A stretch of DNA of 64,000 nt. Origin: an uncultured Desulfarculus sp. (GTDB lineage Bacteria; Desulfobacterota; Desulfarculia; Desulfarculales; Desulfarculaceae). Within the stretch, counting starts at the first letter, position 1. Each line of letters begins with the position of its first letter. The stretch covers positions 1,632,001 through 1,696,000 of the forward strand of contig CAXXUK010000001.1 in the NCBI GenBank assembly GCA_963665125.2. The letters run 5' to 3'. This document shows positions 59,260 to 64,000 of the stretch, in pieces. The translations under genes were made by a program, and so were the position numbers. The notes beneath the pieces are model-generated. The model saw only the letters and a program-made list of their open reading frames with translations, did not search any database and was not told the DNA's origin.

Positions 59260-59453
59260 TTTTATTGCTCCAGCGGTCGGCTCAACGGCCGAACCAACAG
59301 CAAGGATTAACCATATTCAAAACAGGAAGCTCCAATGCCGCCCAATCGTGTTGTAAACATAGACAATGGCTGAAATTGACGGCAACGGCTTCCCTTGGTG
59401 CGGGCCTGACGGTCTTCACCCTTGGGAACAAAAAAGTATGGGGAGGTTCATCC

Positions 59454-60521
59454 ATGAAGCAGCAGGTGAAATTGCATGCAGTTGAACTGTCCGGTTCGCC
59501 GGCGGAGGTGGGCACGGGCTGGGGTCGGGCCTTGGCCGGGCCCATGCGGCAAGGCCTGGACCGCATTCTCTCCTTGGTCCACGAAGTGCACAAAACCTCC
59601 CGCACCGATGCCCTGGCCTACGCCATGAAACTGTGGCCCGCGGCCACGCAATTCGATCCCGAACTCGAACCATTCGTGAAGGGACAAGCCCAAGGCGCGG
59701 AAATGAGCCTGGAAGAAGCTTGGGCCACAAGATGCGGCCTGGAGTTGTTGTTCTTCAACACCAATCTGGCCGCCATGTGCACCACTCTGGCCGGCACCGG
59801 ACCGGCCACCCCGGACGGAAAAACCATCATGGGCCAGAACATCGACTGGTTCACCGGCACACCTATTTCCCTGGTGCGCATCAAGCGAAGCGACGGCCTG
59901 CGCCAGTTGGTGCTGCCCATATTGGGTCTTGGCGAATACACCCTGAACTCCAGCGGCCTGGCCTGCTGCCTCAACGGGGTTGCGCCCATGCAGCCGGAGT
60001 TGAGACCCAAGCTGCCCATTGCCGCGTATCTGCCCCTGGCCATGCGCCAGACCAGCCATGCGAAGGCCCTGAAAATTTTGGAGCAGGCCAGCCGGGGCAT
60101 TGTGGCCGTGACCCTGGCCGACGCCCAAGGCAGCCTGGTTTGCGTGGAAGGCACATTGGATGATTATGAAGTTCTAAAGCCTAAAGATGGTTTTCTGGCC
60201 CACGCCAACAACTACCGCACACCACGTTTCCAGGCCGTGGACGGCTACCCGATGATCTTTCCCGACAGCCCGGCCCGCACCGCGCGCATGGATGTGTTGG
60301 CGGCCGGTCTTGGGGGCAAGCTGACGCCCCAAACACTGGGTCAGGCCCTGGCGGATCACCAGGGTCATCCCAATTCCATCTGCCGCCACCCTGATCCGGC
60401 CTTCCCCGAGGGCATGCGGGCCGAGTCCCTGGGTTCGTTCATCATGCTGCCCACCGAGGGCGCCATGCTGATGACGGCGGGCACTCCCTGCAACCATGAG
60501 TATGAAAGGTACGAATTATAG
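59454..60521 (+). CDS. Peptidase C45 (AAT-like Ntn hydrolase)
   Basis: CTT autoprocessing Cys, GQN.DW, LNS.GL, HAN.Y, SICRH. Confidence 0.9.
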   Translation: MKQQVKLHAVELSGSPAEVGTGWGRALAGPMRQGLDRILSLVHEVHKTSRTDALAYAMKLWPAATQFDPELEPFVKGQAQGAEMSLEEAWATRCGLELLFFNTNLAAMCTTLAGTGPATPDGKTIMGQNIDWFTGTPISLVRIKRSDGLRQLVLPILGLGEYTLNSSGLACCLNGVAPMQPELRPKLPIAAYLPLAMRQTSHAKALKILEQASRGIVAVTLADAQGSLVCVEGTLDDYEVLKPKDGFLAHANNYRTPRFQAVDGYPMIFPDSPARTARMDVLAAGLGGKLTPQTLGQALADHQGHPNSICRHPDPAFPEGMRAESLGSFIMLPTEGAMLMTAGTPCNHEYERYEL

Positions 60522-60710
60522 AAACAACAACCAACGCCGTGGGAATGCAAAGGGGCGGCTCGATCTAACCGCCCCTTTGTTTTTCAGGTGGGCATGGCGT
60601 GGCCCGATTCGCGGCCGGAGGATTTCTCCATCCCGCCTTCATGGCATATGCAGCTTGACTTTTTTTGGCAGGTTCTATAGTTTTTACTTGCACTTATGCA
60701 TACATCACAC

Positions 60711-61319
60711 ATGGTCGAAATGAAAAACGCCAAAGTGAACCTCAAAAAAGAGCGCGGCCAGCAGACAGCCCGGCTGATCATGACCAAGGCCAGGGAACTG
60801 TTCGCCCAAAAGGGTTATGCCGGCACCTCCGCCGAGGAGATCGTCGATGCCGCCCAGGTCACGCGCGGCGCCCTGTATCACCACTTTGACGGGAAAAAAG
60901 GCCTTTTCCTGGAGATATTCAAAGAAATCCACCAGGAGGTGCTTGATCATGTGCAACAACGCACCGAGGCCGAGCCCAATTTATTCAAGAAGCAAATCAA
61001 GGGCAACGATGCCTTTCTTGAGGCGGCCAGCGATCCGTCCGTGAGGCGGATCCTGCTTATCGACGCCCCGGCCGTACTTGGCTGGGACACCTGGCGGCAA
61101 TTGGACGAGCAGTATGTTCTGGGCTCCTACAAGACCGCATTGCATGCTCTGTCTGATCTGGGGATTATCAAGCCGGTTCCGGTGGACGCCCTTGCCCATA
61201 TCATCTCCGGAGCGGCCAATGAAGGTGTCTTGTTCATCGCAGGTTCCGATGATCCCGACCGGGCGCTTAAAGAAGTCAAGGAAACCATGGCCGAACTCAT
61301 AGAGAGCCTTCGGCCATGA
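60711..61319 (+). CDS. TetR family regulator
   Basis: A.ELF..KGY..TS.EEI...A.VTRGALYHHF..K; DAPAVLGW. Confidence 0.95.
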   Translation: MVEMKNAKVNLKKERGQQTARLIMTKARELFAQKGYAGTSAEEIVDAAQVTRGALYHHFDGKKGLFLEIFKEIHQEVLDHVQQRTEAEPNLFKKQIKGNDAFLEAASDPSVRRILLIDAPAVLGWDTWRQLDEQYVLGSYKTALHALSDLGIIKPVPVDALAHIISGAANEGVLFIAGSDDPDRALKEVKETMAELIESLRP

Positions 61320-61375
61320 CGAGCCCATGTCGGGGATGAAAGCGACTTAAACTCACGCCCGGCCGCACCCGCGGT

Positions 61376-61434
61376 GTTTGCCGGACGCCATATGCCTTAA
61401 CTTACCGTCTGAAACACATATGGCGTCGGCAAAC
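61376..61434. repeat. ~18-bp inverted repeat between convergent genes
   Basis: gtttgccggacgccatatg ... catatggcgtcggcaaac (one bulge). Confidence 0.65.
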
Positions 61435-61471
61435 CATCATGCCTGACCGGGGATGATCTCCGCGTGACCCC

Positions 61472-62347
61472 TCAGTCGGCTTGGCTGAAAAACTCGTTCA
61501 GCAGCGCGGCCACCTCGGCGGGTTTCTCCTCTTGGACAAAGTGGGCCGCCTCGATCTGCTCTACCCGGACGGACTCGAAACCATCCTCTATGTGGTTGAG
61601 AAACTGCGGAATTATCACGGAATCCTTGTTTCCATAGATATACAGGCTGGGCATGGGAAACTTCTTGTCGCCAAGGGTGGCCCAGTGCTCGTTGTCCTTT
61701 GACATGATGCGGTAATATGACGCTGCGGTGGCGGGAGTGTTTTCCACGCTGTAACAGCGGACATACTCGGCAATCGCTTCCGCCGGGATGGTGCCGTTGC
61801 GGCCCTCTGCGCCAAAGAAAAAACTTACCCAGGGCTTTTCCTTGCCCTTGATCATGGCCTCGGGCAAACCAGGCATCATCTGGAAATATTGGTACCAGAA
61901 ATGGATGCCGCCAAAGCTCATGATCAATTCGCGGGCCTCTTTGGTACCCTGGGGGTTGGTCACTATGTTGATGTTCATCAAGGCCATGCGTTTGATCCGC
62001 TCGGGGATCAATAGCGCCACCTCCTGGGCCACGACCCCGCCCCAGTCATGACCGACCAGGAAAAACGAATCAACTTGCAGGGAGTTGACGACCTCGATGA
62101 CATCCTTGGCCAGTTCGTGTTTTTGATAGGCGGCCACATCCATGGTGCGTTCGCTGTCCCCGAGGCCGCGCAGGTCTGGGGCGATGATTCTCAGTCCGGG
62201 ATCAAGATGCCGGGCCACGCCCTCCCAGCAGTACGAACTCTCCGGCCAACCATGCAGCATGACAACCGGAGTCCCGTTCGCATCGCCGCCAAGCCGAACA
62301 TTGAACCGGCCGCGCGGCACGGTTACCGTCGTCGTATTCATCGCCAT
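61472..62347 (-). CDS. Epoxide hydrolase/dehalogenase-type alpha/beta hydrolase
   Basis: HGWPE, PDLRG.G.S, GHDWGG (Asp nucleophile), HFVQEE.P. Confidence 0.92.
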   Translation of the reverse strand: MAMNTTTVTVPRGRFNVRLGGDANGTPVVMLHGWPESSYCWEGVARHLDPGLRIIAPDLRGLGDSERTMDVAAYQKHELAKDVIEVVNSLQVDSFFLVGHDWGGVVAQEVALLIPERIKRMALMNINIVTNPQGTKEARELIMSFGGIHFWYQYFQMMPGLPEAMIKGKEKPWVSFFFGAEGRNGTIPAEAIAEYVRCYSVENTPATAASYYRIMSKDNEHWATLGDKKFPMPSLYIYGNKDSVIIPQFLNHIEDGFESVRVEQIEAAHFVQEEKPAEVAALLNEFFSQAD

Positions 62348-62666
62348 TTATCGCTCTCCAAAACAATATTTTTCACGTATACCTCGCCGCAAACGACGTA
62401 TTTCCGTTAAAGCCCAAGGGTTCAAGCGGGTGGTGTGTCAGTGTTGATCAGGCTCGCCAAGGCATGTCAAGGAATCTCGCCGACGGCTGAAGCCCCCTAT
62501 GAGGCGCGGTGGTGTTTATCTACAAGCTATTGATATAATTTAGTTGCTATGTTGATACCGTGGACGTGGACTTTGTGTATGTCCCCGCCAATCCGGCCCC
62601 GTGGCCCCGTCCCTCCCCGGCTGGGGGAGGGACGAAGGTCGGGGGATTTATCAAGCTAAGTAAAGC

Positions 62667-63779
62667 CTAGAGATAACGCGTGGGGAAGCCCTGGATGATG
62701 TCCTTGGCTTCGCTGACAATGCTGTCCACCACTTCCTGGACCGTGGGCATGCTGTTGATGCGCTGGGCGCATTCGCCGCCCGCGTAAAGGGCGCGGCTTT
62801 CGTCGCCTTCATAAGTGGCGTCGATGCCCTTCTTTTCATATTCCATCAACTCGATGGCGCCCTGGCTCATGCCGTTGTCCGGAGTTCCCAAGAAAACGCC
62901 GGGGGCCTTTTCGATGGTGTTTCTCTGGTGCTCTAGGCTGGCCGGAGTCTTGATCCAGCGGGCCGGACCCACGAAGCCCCTGGCCACCAGGGTGCCCCGA
63001 TCGCCAGCGTTGACCACGCCCTGTTTCCACAGCTGGGCGAAATCACTCTCCTGGGTGGCCAGAAAGCGGGTGCCCATCTGAGCGCCGGCTCCGCCCAGGG
63101 CCAGAGCGGCGGCCAAGGTTTTACCGTCGCAATAACCGCCCGCGCCGGCAACGGGAATGCCGTAGGGTGCCATGGCCTCGGCAACAGCGGGCAGCAGGAT
63201 CATGCTGTGCACCGGTTCCCAGGAAGTATGGAAGCCGCCTTCATGGCCCGAAGCCACGATCAGGTCCACACCGGCCTTGCGGCAGCGGTCGGCGCCCTTG
63301 ACAGACGGTACGACGTGCAGCCATTTGAAGCCCGCGCCCTTGATCTTGTCGCCCCAGCCCATGGGGTCGCCGGCCGAGGTGAAAATCACCTTGAAACGGT
63401 CGTGCATTTCAGGGTTTTCGTTCCTCATCTTGATGGCCGTGTCGATGATCATGTCGGCGATGGGCTTGAGTTCGGCGGAGACCATGACGTTAACGCCGAA
63501 GATGCCGCCCTTTTCCTTGGTCTGCTCAAAGGTCTGCTGATAAATCTTGCGGAAGATCTCCTGGGGCGGGTCATCGGGCGAAGCGCCGCCGGTCTCGGCA
63601 AAGTGCTTGTAAATAGCTGGCTGGTCGTCTTTGGTGGTAATGCCGCTGGTGGACAGCAGGCCCAGGACACCGGCATTGGCCGTGGCGATGCACAGTTTGT
63701 TGTTGCTGAACGGCCCCATGCCCGCCTGGATGATGGGGTATTTGGTGCCCAACATTTTGCATAGTTCTGTATTTAACAT
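62667..63779 (-). CDS. Nitronate monooxygenase/FabK-like flavoprotein
   Basis: YPIIQAGMG, GHEGG.H, AGG..DG, QMGTRFLATQES. Confidence 0.9.
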   Translation of the reverse strand: MLNTELCKMLGTKYPIIQAGMGPFSNNKLCIATANAGVLGLLSTSGITTKDDQPAIYKHFAETGGASPDDPPQEIFRKIYQQTFEQTKEKGGIFGVNVMVSAELKPIADMIIDTAIKMRNENPEMHDRFKVIFTSAGDPMGWGDKIKGAGFKWLHVVPSVKGADRCRKAGVDLIVASGHEGGFHTSWEPVHSMILLPAVAEAMAPYGIPVAGAGGYCDGKTLAAALALGGAGAQMGTRFLATQESDFAQLWKQGVVNAGDRGTLVARGFVGPARWIKTPASLEHQRNTIEKAPGVFLGTPDNGMSQGAIELMEYEKKGIDATYEGDESRALYAGGECAQRINSMPTVQEVVDSIVSEAKDIIQGFPTRYL

Positions 63780-64000
63780 TGAGGATGCCTCCTTAGGTAG
63801 GTCGATGCGGGCCTTGGGGGGCCCTGCCCGTTTCTTTAATGTTGTTACGCGGTGTAAACCGAACACCCCAAAGGCACACCGCGAAAGTTGTATTTTACGC
63901 TAATAAAACCGTGGGTTGTCAAACGTAAAATCATCTGCATCTAACCCCGGCAAAGGTGCCAACTATTTGTTTTTATTTTTTATTTTATTCTTTATGAACT

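Overview
64 kb of GC-rich chromosome from an anaerobe. The gene repertoire (Hdr-like pseudogenes, several ADP-forming acyl-CoA synthetases, CoA-transferase, PAS/HisKA sensors, a sigma54 site) suggests a sulfate-reducer-type Desulfobacterota; this is inference only. The first ~1.2 kb is the right end of a tRNA-Val(CAC)-integrated element: tail of a DUF1353-like gene, higBA, tandem arm-type repeats and the duplicated tRNA 3' half. An inverted, synonymously diverged fragment of the same DUF1353-like gene lies just outside it. Most of the rest is ordinary metabolism and transport: cstA, glpK, gpmA, nitronate-monooxygenase-family genes, GGDEF-EAL, vWA, phaR/phasin and a cnr-like ECF-RND efflux operon. 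An hdr-like operon and an amidohydrolase are decayed, and there is an orphan endolysin-holin pair. The standout is a 16-kb, 14-gene divergent cluster at 17233-33184 with mostly overlapping or abutting ORFs. Its right arm resembles the actinobacterial fhaA-rodA-pbpA-pkn cell-wall operon and ends in a lipoprotein caspase. Its left arm holds an FHA-TPR-zinc protease, an ECF sigma with a soluble anti-sigma, an AfsK-like kinase-PQQ propeller, and FlgO-, LPP20/FlgP- and FlgT-like periplasmic proteins. All family assignments come from motif recognition by eye, with no database search.
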